Below, piece by piece: positions 1-10,081 of a stretch of DNA of 60,642 nucleotides. The stretch comes from a virus. Its lineage: Duplodnaviria > Caudoviricetes. A program made the translations under genes and the position numbers. Within the stretch, counting starts at the first letter, position 1. The number at the start of each line of letters is the position of its first letter. The stretch spans positions 1 to 60,642 of IMG/VR virus record IMGVR_UViG_3300031673_000043. One strand, 5' to 3'. Below the pieces are notes generated by a model. That model was not told the origin of the DNA. It saw nothing but the letters and a program-made list of their open reading frames with translations, and did not search any database.

Positions 1-143
1 TCACGCACGGCATTGATGAGCTTTCCGAAGGACCTACCGAAGTTGACAGCATCACCTTTGACATAGTCTGCTGCACCCATTACAGGCCTCCTACAGGTTA
101 AAGAAACGATACAACGCTGTCCTCACAGCGCTGACGTATTGAT
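1..143 (+). repeat. Terminal direct repeat, left copy (circular assembly overlap)
   Basis: 1..143 matches 60500..60642 except T17 vs C60516. Confidence 0.95.
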
Positions 144-684
144 CCCGCCAGTCCCTTGAGTCCCAGCTCACCTCACTGAGAAAAGCCGGTTCAAGTATAG
201 CAGCGGGAATATTGGCAGCATGGAGCTTCCTCAGGATCCTGAAGCTCTTATGCTTGAGCCCTCTGTCACTGTTCCCCAGGACCTCGAACTCATTTATCAA
301 GCACTGCCCGAGTCTCCTGGTCAATGGTCCGGGGAAGCGTCTGATGAAGACCTCATGTCCCTCAGCTGCTCCCTTCGCGCTGTTGATGTGGAACTCTACT
401 GCAGCATCTACCTTGTCTCTGATTGCCCAGGCAACTCTGATGTCAATGTTCCCCCAGCCTCCGAGGAAGGACGGAGGACTGATTTTACTCACTGTCTGGA
501 TCAGATCCCAGGGATGCTCCTTCTCGTTCACTCCTATCAGTACCGGATGCAGGATCCCGTCCCTCTCGAGCATCTGAGTGAGCTTGAGTGCATCCATGCA
601 CGCGAGAGTCCACTCATCTCGGTTCGGGATCTGAGCTCCCGTACCAGATCCGAAGTGTCCTACTAGAATCCCTACCTTTTTCAC
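91..684 (-). CDS. Endolysin, N-acetylmuramoyl-L-alanine amidase (Amidase_3-like)
   Basis: Zn-amidase motif pattern VGH...E...EFHINS...GHEVF...AAILEPAF; lies at the end of the late operon. Confidence 0.8.
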   Translation of the reverse strand: MKKVGILVGHFGSGTGAQIPNRDEWTLACMDALKLTQMLERDGILHPVLIGVNEKEHPWDLIQTVSKISPPSFLGGWGNIDIRVAWAIRDKVDAAVEFHINSAKGAAEGHEVFIRRFPGPLTRRLGQCLINEFEVLGNSDRGLKHKSFRILRKLHAANIPAAILEPAFLSEVSWDSRDWRDQYVSAVRTALYRFFNL

Positions 685-974
685 TAGGTCCCTCCTAGAT
701 CTCCTTCTACTACATCTGACTCTCCGTTGTCAACAGAAGAGAATACGGTGCCATGTCTAGCTGAGCACGCGCTCTGAGTAGATGCTATTCGAGCCTGATG
801 TATATTGAGTCTTCTCTCGTGCCGAGCAAGTCTGGTATCCCCCGCACTCAACCGCGCCTTGATCCACTTCATGTCAACCTTCAAGGCTATAAACTGGGCA
901 ACCACTACCACCAGGTTAGTCCCTATTGCAATCATGACCGGCGCTGAGATCTCCATATCACCCTTTCTATACAA
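684..974 (-). CDS. Small membrane protein, possible holin or lysis accessory
   Basis: One N-terminal hydrophobic segment plus coiled-coil; abuts the endolysin. Confidence 0.45.
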   Translation of the reverse strand: MYRKGDMEISAPVMIAIGTNLVVVVAQFIALKVDMKWIKARLSAGDTRLARHERRLNIHQARIASTQSACSARHGTVFSSVDNGESDVVEGDLGGT

Positions 975-1349
975 TTAAATGCTGAACTTCTCGCCCGGTC
1001 CTACTCTCAGAGCAGTGGATCCGGTAATGAGATCCCGGAGAGGTATCTTGATTGTCTGATGTATTGCAGTACTCGCTGCAGCGGTCACCCCTCCCTCTGT
1101 GAGAGCAGGCATGATTGACTCTGTCCAGTCCCCTGTGGTTGCTACCCGTCTCCCGTAAGCAACAGCAGTGCTGAGCGCCAGGTTGACATAGGGGATTGCA
1201 TTGTTCGGGACTCTGCTCATCCCGTGCTTCACTGCAGCTCCGGCTGCTACATTAATCAAGGACTCAGGCTTCGCTACAGCAATGACCACAGGAGCAGCAA
1301 CCTTCGCTACTGCTGTGACGGCCTTACCTAGACTCTTGAAAAATCCCAT
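975..1349 (-). CDS. Hypothetical hydrophobic protein in the lysis region
   Basis: Ala/Val-rich; AGGAGGAG RBS; in operon. Confidence 0.6.
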   Translation of the reverse strand: MGFFKSLGKAVTAVAKVAAPVVIAVAKPESLINVAAGAAVKHGMSRVPNNAIPYVNLALSTAVAYGRRVATTGDWTESIMPALTEGGVTAAASTAIHQTIKIPLRDLITGSTALRVGPGEKFSI

Positions 1350-1378
1350 CGGTCTCCTCCTTTACACTGACAACCAAA

Positions 1379-4300
1379 TTAAACACTCAATGCGAACCAG
1401 TACAGAGCTACAGCCTCCATGATTGTCTTCCTGTCTGCAGCTGAGATGGTTCCCGTGAATATACAGAGCTCATGGAAGTCTCCGTCCCACTCGAGGGATC
1501 CAGTAGGTGTCTCAGCGAACCTGAGCCTGGTGTTGTTCGGGTAGGTGATGTCAGCAGGTGTCCAGGACTTCACTGAAGTCACGTCATCATTATGGTACCC
1601 CTCTCCCTGCTGGTAGTCAAGGAACCAGACGTTCTTCCCACTATTGCTCGGGTTGTTGCCGGGATCCGTTCCGATGGATCCATTGACACCGATGATCCAG
1701 CCCGTGCTGTCTGTTACCATCCCCCAGCGGAAATAAGGGGAGACATGACCAGCGTCATTGTGAGGGATGGTCATGATGTAATCGTTCCCCGTGGTCTCCT
1801 TCGGTCCGATTGCGAAGCAACAGTTCGGACGGGTGACCATGTAAGGACGGGAAGTAGATGCTACCGTATCGAACAGAGACTCCGTGCCTCCCTCGAAGTC
1901 GATGCACGGTCTCCCAGTCTCAGAGAGGGAGTGCCTGAGTCGAGGTTGTTCTGAATCGCTCTCAGGTTCCAGGTGAGCTCCGTTGCCTGACTGGTCATAG
2001 AGCACAACAACTCGAGCTTCTCCCTTCGTGTACCACCACTCGAGGTTGCCGTCTGTGTCTGCATAGAGATCTATCTCACTGTCATCATAAGTGTCCCGGA
2101 TAGTCACCAGAGGTCCAGAGTACCCGGAGTCAAGCTGTCTCAGTCCCCAGGCTCCCACTACAGTCAGCCCTGAGATGGTGTCATACTTCATTGCTGTCGT
2201 AGGACTGACCGTGTTCGCTTTGAAGGAGGCATTGTCGAAGACAGCGTCAGCTCCTCCAGCCTCGAGCTTGATCCTCAGGATGGTTGCAGTGGAGTGAATA
2301 GGTACTGGGATCTCGATCAGTCCCCACTTTCCGACATCTGCCGGAGCTTCAAGAGGAGTGGAGATGGTATCAAGCAGGGCAATCCCTGTCCTGAGTTCCA
2401 GGATGACTTGACTGGTTGATGTATCGTTCAGACCTCCTCGGTAGATCCTGAACACTCCAGCGCTTCCTCCATAGGATCCTACACTCACGTCCTGCCAGAG
2501 CCCTCCGCTTGTAGACTGAGCATGGTCAGTTCCTGGTGGGATTGGATCAAGAGGATACTCTGTAGTCTCACCACTCCAGGATCCCCCCACAGGAACCCAT
2601 CCTGAAGTACCTGACTCGAAATCTCCGTTAGTCACCAGCTCTGAGGAGAGGTTCTGATAGTATGCAAAGTTGAACTCAACGAGATCAGGAGTCCAGCTTG
2701 CTAGTCCTCCCACCTCTGCCTCGAGTTCTACACGAACAACTCCTGCTCCTTCAACTCCTGTGAACTGTATAGGAAGACTTGCATAGGTGAGCCCGGTCTT
2801 TTCCTCGAGCTCCACTCCATCAAGATAGAGTCTCGCATTGTAGGTTGTGGATCCTTCCGGTGTGTCTGAGGAGTCATTGACAAGAACAACCTGGTCAGGA
2901 GAGGTCCTGTTCCTCTGGTAGAAGTCAGTGATGTCAACCGTGTTCTGTCCTACTACCTCAATCGGACATCTGATACTCTCGATCTCCAGCATGTCAGGAG
3001 GGAGCGGTCGATCATAACGCTGATCCGTTGTGATATTGCTTGCAACTACATCATTGATGTCCTGAGCATCCTGGTCACTATAGCTGAGAAATTTATAGTA
3101 GATTATATCCTGGTCATCTCTGTAATTTCTGCTCCACCAGTCAAGGCTGCTAAGGAAGAAAATTACATCCCCGTCCACATGGTTCTCGAACTGAGTGTCC
3201 AGGAGAGCTCGGCGTACCGTCTTCAGTTCATAGACTCCGTCACCTAGACTGGTGTGAGTCTCATAAGCAAACAGCTCACCGTTTATGACACAGAGGTTCC
3301 TCCCCTCTCTGACTCCAGAAGTGTCGGTGTCCTCAAGTATATCTTCCTCTTCCCACCAGCCGAAATAATCATCAGGGCTGGGATCCGTTTCTCTGACTGT
3401 GATCTTGTCAAGGACTCCGTTAGGCTGTCCCATGTTAGTGTGAAGATCTCCGTCCAGGAGAGCAGAGTGGGTGAAGTTCGGCTGATCGAGATCCACAGCA
3501 AGGTCATCAACGAAGCTGTCATCTGATGTAACAAAGTCATAAGTCTGCATCTCCCCAGGGTTCCTAGCAAGTCCCCAGAGGAACGAACTATCTGCAGGGA
3601 TCTCAAGGTCCCTGACCTGCTGCAGGATCCAGTAGGGACACTCCATCACCTTGAAGTCCGTGATAGGGACCACAGTCCGAGGGATCTCATCCCAGAGAGT
3701 GTCCTCAGGACCCGTGTAGAGAGTATTCGATGCAGCGAACTTGTCCTGTAGAACGTCTACTACTATCTTCCCATTGAGAAGTTCCCCGAGGTTGAAGCGC
3801 TGACATCTCATCACTATATTGCTGAGACCGTAGTCATCCCAGGAGAAGACGAAAGGATCCCCAGGACGGAGCTGACTGCCCTCCCTGTTCATCTCCAGTG
3901 CAGCCTTGAACAGTGGGACACTGAGCTGAGAGAGCTCCCTAGTTGCGAGCTTGACTGCAGTGGATCCTTCCGTGCATCCGGGGAAGGACATGGTTGCACT
4001 TCTGATCCTGCCCTGCATATTGATGTTTGCCATGTCCTGAGCGAACGCGGAAGCCTTTTCATACTTCTTGTCCCTATATGTGAAAGTTGCTCTGACCTGG
4101 TTGACTGTCTCTGCCCAGCTGGTTCGGCTGAAGTCTCTTACAGCGTGCACATTGCTCTCATTGAAGACAGGAAGATCTTCGATGACGTAGTCTTCCCGGA
4201 TCAACTTGACTACTATCTTCCCTGTCTCAGGGTCCTGGTAGAGGATCCCATCTATCTGCCTGAGCACTTCCTCCACAATAGACTTCGCGTCATTAGCTGC

Positions 4301-5119
4301 ACTCACTACAAAGCTCATCCCGTTCCCCTCGGTTGCCAAAGTAGCACCGGCAGCAATCCAGGACGTTGTATCAATACTCGAAGGATCAGCTCCTACACCT
4401 CCCCAGGACTCTGTGAGTGCAGCATAGAGGACCTCCATAGGATTAAGATCATCTCCTATAAGAAGATCCCCAGGATCCAGACCGAGCTCATCAGGGTATC
4501 TCTCAAGCTCAAAGCTAAGAGGACGGAGTGATGGACTTGTTCCGATGTAGGGCCTATGGAAGACTATGTGAGCAATCCCAGCGTACCCTGGGACATCAGC
4601 GCCTATTGCACTCTCAAGGTAAGAGTTCCTTGCCTGAGAGAACTCCCCACCATAGTAGGTGCAGTATCCGGCGAAGCCTCCTCCGCGCTTACTTCCTCCG
4701 AAAATGCCGCTCTTCGATATTGAGAATCCTGTAGGAGCTGGTCCTAGTCCTACTCCAGTTTGATAGAGGAGCTTCTTCTCACACCAGATCTTCTTGAGCA
4801 CTACTCCAGGACCTAGACATAGAGCAAGATGGAACCCCACATAATACCGGTATCCTGTGGTCACCTTCTCTGAGCTGAACATCCCTGTCTTGACCTTTTT
4901 CTTCGTTGCTCTTGTTCTGAAATCTCCGTACCAGATACAATTAGGGGACCTCAATCTCACCCTGCCGAAGATAATAGGAACCGGAGATCCTTCGTCTGCA
5001 ATAGGCCAGCGTATATCACCGAGCTTGCCTGGTCTCGCGTTCTCCAGGTCAGGCTTCGGAGTGAGGAACACAGAAGCAAAGAAGCTGACTGCAAACATTA
5101 TCAAGGTGAACCAGATCAT
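1379..5119 (-). CDS. Tail tip / central fibre (host-specificity) protein
   Basis: 1246 aa; GSPVPIIFGR and PGYAGIAH motifs of tail-tip proteins; C-terminal carbohydrate-binding-like domains. Confidence 0.85.
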   Translation of the reverse strand: MIWFTLIMFAVSFFASVFLTPKPDLENARPGKLGDIRWPIADEGSPVPIIFGRVRLRSPNCIWYGDFRTRATKKKVKTGMFSSEKVTTGYRYYVGFHLALCLGPGVVLKKIWCEKKLLYQTGVGLGPAPTGFSISKSGIFGGSKRGGGFAGYCTYYGGEFSQARNSYLESAIGADVPGYAGIAHIVFHRPYIGTSPSLRPLSFELERYPDELGLDPGDLLIGDDLNPMEVLYAALTESWGGVGADPSSIDTTSWIAAGATLATEGNGMSFVVSAANDAKSIVEEVLRQIDGILYQDPETGKIVVKLIREDYVIEDLPVFNESNVHAVRDFSRTSWAETVNQVRATFTYRDKKYEKASAFAQDMANINMQGRIRSATMSFPGCTEGSTAVKLATRELSQLSVPLFKAALEMNREGSQLRPGDPFVFSWDDYGLSNIVMRCQRFNLGELLNGKIVVDVLQDKFAASNTLYTGPEDTLWDEIPRTVVPITDFKVMECPYWILQQVRDLEIPADSSFLWGLARNPGEMQTYDFVTSDDSFVDDLAVDLDQPNFTHSALLDGDLHTNMGQPNGVLDKITVRETDPSPDDYFGWWEEEDILEDTDTSGVREGRNLCVINGELFAYETHTSLGDGVYELKTVRRALLDTQFENHVDGDVIFFLSSLDWWSRNYRDDQDIIYYKFLSYSDQDAQDINDVVASNITTDQRYDRPLPPDMLEIESIRCPIEVVGQNTVDITDFYQRNRTSPDQVVLVNDSSDTPEGSTTYNARLYLDGVELEEKTGLTYASLPIQFTGVEGAGVVRVELEAEVGGLASWTPDLVEFNFAYYQNLSSELVTNGDFESGTSGWVPVGGSWSGETTEYPLDPIPPGTDHAQSTSGGLWQDVSVGSYGGSAGVFRIYRGGLNDTSTSQVILELRTGIALLDTISTPLEAPADVGKWGLIEIPVPIHSTATILRIKLEAGGADAVFDNASFKANTVSPTTAMKYDTISGLTVVGAWGLRQLDSGYSGPLVTIRDTYDDSEIDLYADTDGNLEWWYTKGEARVVVLYDQSGNGAHLEPESDSEQPRLRHSLSETGRPCIDFEGGTESLFDTVASTSRPYMVTRPNCCFAIGPKETTGNDYIMTIPHNDAGHVSPYFRWGMVTDSTGWIIGVNGSIGTDPGNNPSNSGKNVWFLDYQQGEGYHNDDVTSVKSWTPADITYPNNTRLRFAETPTGSLEWDGDFHELCIFTGTISAADRKTIMEAVALYWFALSV

Positions 5120-5928
5120 AACTCACTCTCGAATGGGTTGTCCGCTGGTACGTAAGGGAACCCACCATAGTTGATGGAATTGCTGAATTTGTCCTTGCAC
5201 GTTGAGAAGGCGTGATTGCACCCTGCGAACAGGGACACGTTGTCTCCCACTTCGGCATTGAAAAATGGGAAGTTTATGGTGATGACATCAGCGACATTGT
5301 CAATGATAAGACGGCGCTCGTTCTTCGATGTGTTGATGATCTCCCCCGCCTGAAGGTAGTTGTCATCGAAGCCGTCAGCAACTACATCCACAGTGCCTGT
5401 TCCTATTGCACTGATGGTTGTGTCTTGCTGATAGGAAGCCTTCACCAGCTTGCAGCGGTCATCATAGAGAACGTGGTTGCACATGTTCTGATAGTACACG
5501 CTCGGGACTTCTCCATTGAGGATGACGGTGAAAATACTAGGGACAAGGATCTTCACACTATGCCCCGTACTCGAGAATGAGGTGACAATGCCCTTCCACA
5601 CAATAACCCAGTCCGTTGCAGGATTGGTTCCTTCATGATACCTCAGGATCTCAACAGTGAGATCTGGAGGAGACACCTGGAAGGCATAGTCAGCAACCAG
5701 AGGGAGATCAAAGGGGACCTCAAGCTCGAGCTCTAGGTTGCTATCTTCCTGGGTTCCTGTGTTGATTGCCTGTCTGGTGATCTCAGCTGTGGTGTATACC
5801 TGTCCGCTGATAGTGACATCAAGCTCCGCGCTGGTATAGTAGTAGTTCTCGAAGGTGCCGGTGAATCTGTATGCTTCTACCGGGGAACCATCATGAGCAC
5901 TCTGTTCTGTGTCTTCATAGACTGTCAC
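5116..5928 (-). CDS. Tail tip/hub protein (DUF2163/BR0599-like)
   Basis: C-terminal GCNH..TC..KF.N..NYGGFPYVP Cys motif. Confidence 0.8.
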   Translation of the reverse strand: MTVYEDTEQSAHDGSPVEAYRFTGTFENYYYTSAELDVTISGQVYTTAEITRQAINTGTQEDSNLELELEVPFDLPLVADYAFQVSPPDLTVEILRYHEGTNPATDWVIVWKGIVTSFSSTGHSVKILVPSIFTVILNGEVPSVYYQNMCNHVLYDDRCKLVKASYQQDTTISAIGTGTVDVVADGFDDNYLQAGEIINTSKNERRLIIDNVADVITINFPFFNAEVGDNVSLFAGCNHAFSTCKDKFSNSINYGGFPYVPADNPFESEL

Positions 5929-7703
5929 TGGTCTGTTGTCCTCACTGCAATCTCGAGTATTGTATACATCTCAAAGTGACTCAGCTGGACCTCATCGGAG
6001 GCCAGTCTCACCTTGTTCAGGAAGGAGATGGTGAAATTCTCTGCCCAGTTGAAACTCAACGGGAGGGGATCATTCAAAGTGATCTGGGTGATCCCTCCAG
6101 GTAGATCAGCAACAGCATCAACCTTCCTGTATATTATCTCCCCGGAAGAGTTCCAGAACTGCAGCCTCTTGTATGTATCATGAGGCCAGTACTGACTTCC
6201 ATAGTTCGCTCCCTCGATCTGAAGCAAGTAGTCCCCAGGGTTCGGAGTCTGAGCAAGAAAGAGATCCTTCCTGAAAGTAGGAAGTAGGAAGGGCTCCCTC
6301 ATCCCCACCAGCGCTGTGAGGAAGTCCCTCCAGTAGTCCATCTCAGCCGGATCTCTTCTCCTGGGGATGGTGAATTGTCGCATACCTCCTATGAAGGCGT
6401 GCAACCAGGCTGAGCGCTGGTCATGTATACCGGATCCAGTATCGAAGATTGTGGGATTTATGTCAAACACTTCTGCAGCTGAGTTCCTTGCAAGAGGTCT
6501 CCGATCCATCACAGGAAGACTATCATACTCGGTGATGACTGCAGTACTCTCTGGTCTGTCAAAGCTCTCCCTGAACTCTGTGACAGAGGCATGGACTCGG
6601 AGTTGTCCAGAGACTGAGGTCATCTGTGGACCTGTTTGATTGTCTAATCTGCAAGAGAAGGCCGGTGCAACTATGTCACCGACATCGATGTCCACAGTGA
6701 GAGGACTTGCCAGGGTTGCACCGTCTGACTCTACCTCATCCAGTCTAAGTAGGAAGGACTCATCTGAGGAGCCTCTGTAGATCACAACAAGCTCCCCGTC
6801 CCTCATGTCTGTCCGATCCGGGTTGAAGTAGATCTTTGTGTCAGTGATGACACTGGTCTGGTTGATCTTCGTTGAGTACTGATAGAAGGGGATCACAATG
6901 GATCCAGCGAGTCTGCTATACCAGCGAGCATATTCACGCTGTCGAGCAATGTCATCCTCGAGCAGGATACTATACTCGATCCTTCTCCGAGGCTGTCTCC
7001 TCACGCTGATCCTCTGCTCTGTAGAATCCCAGCCTCCGATCACATCACTCAACCATTCCCAGGTCTCCACAACAGGTTGTTCCGGCTGGATCTTGATCCA
7101 GTCAGCAATGCTGGTCTCGAAGAGGAAGGTCCCTGTTCCATAGTCGAAGTTGAAGAGGTACGTTGCACTGATGTCCACAGGAGCGGAGTCTGTGATCTGC
7201 AGGTTGACCTCGAGCTCTTCAATGGCATCGAAGTCCCGAGGAGCGGAGAGATCCAGAGTCAGCCCAGCCTGCCCGGATCCTCCTATGGAGTTCATGGTAT
7301 TCACCGGAGGGACCGGGTAAGCGTTCCAGATGGTGAAGGGGATGTCTGTGTTGAGCTCTGGGTTCTGTGGTCTCATGAAGTTAGGCACACACCAGATCCT
7401 ATAGTACACGTCACCCAAGTAGAACCGATCCTCCCCTACCGCGTTCGAGGGGAGGGAGGGAACTGCTACATCAGGGACTGCACCGGTATCTGATCCGGTT
7501 TCGTCATCAGGGAACAGAGAAGCAGTGACATAGGTACTGGGAACTGCAGCAACCACAGCTCCGGTTGTTCCTATGAACATGTCATCCCACTCAAGTCCCA
7601 CTGAGAAGGTGATACAGGCATCGAGCGCTGTGCATCGAGCGTCAGTAGAGTGGAAGACTGCTACTCTTCTAAGGGTTGATACTTTCCAGGTTGATCCTGC
7701 CAC
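5925..7703 (-). CDS. Minor tail (distal tail-like) protein
   Basis: 592 aa; ETWEWLSDVI...EQRISVR motif; position between tape measure and tip genes. Confidence 0.7.
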   Translation of the reverse strand: MAGSTWKVSTLRRVAVFHSTDARCTALDACITFSVGLEWDDMFIGTTGAVVAAVPSTYVTASLFPDDETGSDTGAVPDVAVPSLPSNAVGEDRFYLGDVYYRIWCVPNFMRPQNPELNTDIPFTIWNAYPVPPVNTMNSIGGSGQAGLTLDLSAPRDFDAIEELEVNLQITDSAPVDISATYLFNFDYGTGTFLFETSIADWIKIQPEQPVVETWEWLSDVIGGWDSTEQRISVRRQPRRRIEYSILLEDDIARQREYARWYSRLAGSIVIPFYQYSTKINQTSVITDTKIYFNPDRTDMRDGELVVIYRGSSDESFLLRLDEVESDGATLASPLTVDIDVGDIVAPAFSCRLDNQTGPQMTSVSGQLRVHASVTEFRESFDRPESTAVITEYDSLPVMDRRPLARNSAAEVFDINPTIFDTGSGIHDQRSAWLHAFIGGMRQFTIPRRRDPAEMDYWRDFLTALVGMREPFLLPTFRKDLFLAQTPNPGDYLLQIEGANYGSQYWPHDTYKRLQFWNSSGEIIYRKVDAVADLPGGITQITLNDPLPLSFNWAENFTISFLNKVRLASDEVQLSHFEMYTILEIAVRTTDQ

Positions 7704-7715
7704 TATCTCTCCCTA

Positions 7716-8165
7716 TTACTGCAGCTCAGGAACAGGCCATCCAGGATCCCCTACTGCCGTGAGAAGATGTACCCTCAGAGTATTATACTGAGCCTTCGTG
7801 AGACTCAGTCCGGTGAAGGTGAACCTGTACCTCTTCCATGTTCCACCAGTATCAACCTGAAATGTTCTACTTGAGTGAAACGAGGTGCCTAGATATAAGA
7901 GTATAACAAGACCAGGGATCTGAGTAATGTTTGTTGTGTTCAAATATAAATCTACATGAACGGTGTGAACAGTCACCATTGCAGCAGGACCATCAGCAGG
8001 AAAAGAGAAAGCGTCAATTTGATAGTTTACTATCTCGTGAATATAGTCAGAGGTATTACCAGGCCAGTTCTCCTCTATCTTCGTATAATGTGAAGTAGGA
8101 GAGCTGGGAGTGATGCTCCACTGAGTTGTGATGTCTCCTGTCGGTTTACTAATCTGTTCACCCAC
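7716..8165 (-). CDS. Virion accessory protein, paralog of 8573..9043
   Basis: Shares N-terminal P..D...QW...P and C-terminal TGL(S/T)LTK.Q...L with 8573..9043. Confidence 0.6.
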   Translation of the reverse strand: MGEQISKPTGDITTQWSITPSSPTSHYTKIEENWPGNTSDYIHEIVNYQIDAFSFPADGPAAMVTVHTVHVDLYLNTTNITQIPGLVILLYLGTSFHSSRTFQVDTGGTWKRYRFTFTGLSLTKAQYNTLRVHLLTAVGDPGWPVPELQ

Positions 8166-8559
8166 TCACGTCCTCCCCTCCATCGATCTTATCCAGTCCC
8201 CCCAAAACTTCAGCCGTGGTCAACCCCTCTGCAAGCTCATTCTCATCAGTGACGTGTTTTATCATAAGGTGCACGTTAAACTGTGACCGAGGCTGGATGT
8301 CTCGTGTTCTCGGGTTTTCAAGGTCCCCCGGATCTGGTGGTACTTCTCCTGACTCAGTGACCATCGAGACATGCAACCATGTGTTGTCAGTGTCAGTCTC
8401 CTTGAAGTCACGAGCAGTGAGGAACTCAGTTTCAGGATCTTCCAGCATGTCTGCAATACGGCGAAGTCCTGCAGCAACCTTTGCAGCATACACGGCATTG
8501 TTGATTGGAGTGAGGGCTGTGTCCCTGGTTCCGTAGTGTACTATGTAGATCTGTCCCAC
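8158..8559 (-). CDS. Hypothetical protein in the tail module
   Basis: GGAGG RBS; coupled to neighbours. Confidence 0.6.
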   Translation of the reverse strand: MGQIYIVHYGTRDTALTPINNAVYAAKVAAGLRRIADMLEDPETEFLTARDFKETDTDNTWLHVSMVTESGEVPPDPGDLENPRTRDIQPRSQFNVHLMIKHVTDENELAEGLTTAEVLGGLDKIDGGEDVSG

Positions 8560-8572
8560 TATATCCTCCCTC

Positions 8573-9043
8573 TTATGAAGGATCTACCAAAGTCATTTTT
8601 ATTTCTAGCGAGTCCGCTTGTGTCTTCGTCAATGTGAGTCCTGTCCAGCTCTTAGTCACTTCTGCAATCACACGCTGTCCACCGAGATCGGTAGAGTTGA
8701 TTGTCTTCGGGTTCCCAGTGACAGGAGTTCCTCCTGAGTGATACAACCTCAACTCGATGTAGGAGTCTGTCTCTCCGTCATCGTCATCAACCCAGCCCCT
8801 CCAGTTCACATCTATCCTGGTGATGACTCCGCCAGTAGCAGCAGCTGAGAGGTTCCCCAGCGCAAGCTGTTCTGCATTGCCTGGTGTCTGAGTCTCCAGA
8901 GCGTCATCGTCACTTGGTGTGGACCCTCCGAGTACCGTCCCCTCATCGACTGCCATCCAGTGAATTATCGGAATGCTCGGTATAGTTGTCCACTGGAGCG
9001 GACTGCTATCAGAGACAGGAACTACAATCTCAGATCCCATCAA
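8573..9043 (-). CDS. Virion accessory protein, paralog of 7716..8165
   Basis: Shared motifs with 7716..8165; AGGAG RBS. Confidence 0.6.
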   Translation of the reverse strand: MMGSEIVVPVSDSSPLQWTTIPSIPIIHWMAVDEGTVLGGSTPSDDDALETQTPGNAEQLALGNLSAAATGGVITRIDVNWRGWVDDDDGETDSYIELRLYHSGGTPVTGNPKTINSTDLGGQRVIAEVTKSWTGLTLTKTQADSLEIKMTLVDPS

Positions 9044-9051
9044 AACTTCTC

Positions 9052-10077
9052 CTATAAATTCTTCTCATAAGCCCATGCACAATGTGCTGTATTGCATATC
9101 TGGACCGGATCTCCACCGACCTTGAGCTGGTCCTTCAACCCCTTCCTCTTCCACGGGAAGATGGTCCATGTGTCAGATCCGAAGTCAAGCTCAGTTGCCG
9201 GAGCGAAGTCAGCAATGTTCCCTACACGGATCCCTGGGATCCTTCCGAGGTGAACATGAGAGCCTCCACTCACCGTCTCCTGGAACAACCACGGGAGCGA
9301 GTAGAGCACGTTGCCTCCGGTGGTGAGTTGGTTTCCAACAGGGAACATGAAGTCAAGGATCTTCCCAGGCTCATTAGACCAGTGATCTGCATCCTGGTCA
9401 GCCCGTGTCATCACCAGAGTCATCTGAGTCTCTGTTCTATATATCCCCGCTGCAGGGTACCCTACCGGGAGCACTCCACTAGGGACATATATTTGAGCAT
9501 AGTTCTCATCAGCGAGATGACCGAAGTCATGATAACTTGCAGAAGGATCATGACAGTAGGTGCTCGCGTCCCACCACTCATAATAACCTCCACACGCGAA
9601 CGCTACATCAGAGTGAGTCTGTCCCATTGCATCAAGGATCCCGAAGCCAAAGTGAGTATACCTCTCTCCCCCGGCTTGAACTACTACATGGATGTAGTCA
9701 GGATCAGAGACACCATTCCCTGAAAAGAACCAGACGTTCGTGAGAGATCCATATAGATCGTTGACTAGAATCCTATCAGAGTCAGTGTCCGTTGTCACAA
9801 TGGATCCAGGGTGTCCCCAGTATTGAGTAGTCCCTGGAGTCAGTGAAGTAGCAAGAGCAGCATTGATGATTGCATCGTTCTGTCCTCCTCCTTTACTGAG
9901 AGGGTTCTCACCGGAGCGGGCTCCAAGAGAGATGTGACAGTTCCCTTTGTAGATCCCTATCTGTCTGGGAGGTCCTGCTGCATTGTATGACTGAGTCCAG
10001 CCGTCCGCAACAGCGAAAGTCACCAGATCATCGAGAAGGTCATCGTAGTCAGTGCACGAGGTCTGTAGGTAGGACAT
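9052..10077 (-). CDS. Minor tail structural protein
   Basis: Start revised to MSYLQTS (ATG 10077, GGAGG RBS); tail module context. Confidence 0.65.
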   Translation of the reverse strand: MSYLQTSCTDYDDLLDDLVTFAVADGWTQSYNAAGPPRQIGIYKGNCHISLGARSGENPLSKGGGQNDAIINAALATSLTPGTTQYWGHPGSIVTTDTDSDRILVNDLYGSLTNVWFFSGNGVSDPDYIHVVVQAGGERYTHFGFGILDAMGQTHSDVAFACGGYYEWWDASTYCHDPSASYHDFGHLADENYAQIYVPSGVLPVGYPAAGIYRTETQMTLVMTRADQDADHWSNEPGKILDFMFPVGNQLTTGGNVLYSLPWLFQETVSGGSHVHLGRIPGIRVGNIADFAPATELDFGSDTWTIFPWKRKGLKDQLKVGGDPVQICNTAHCAWAYEKNL

Positions 10078-10081
10078 ACTT

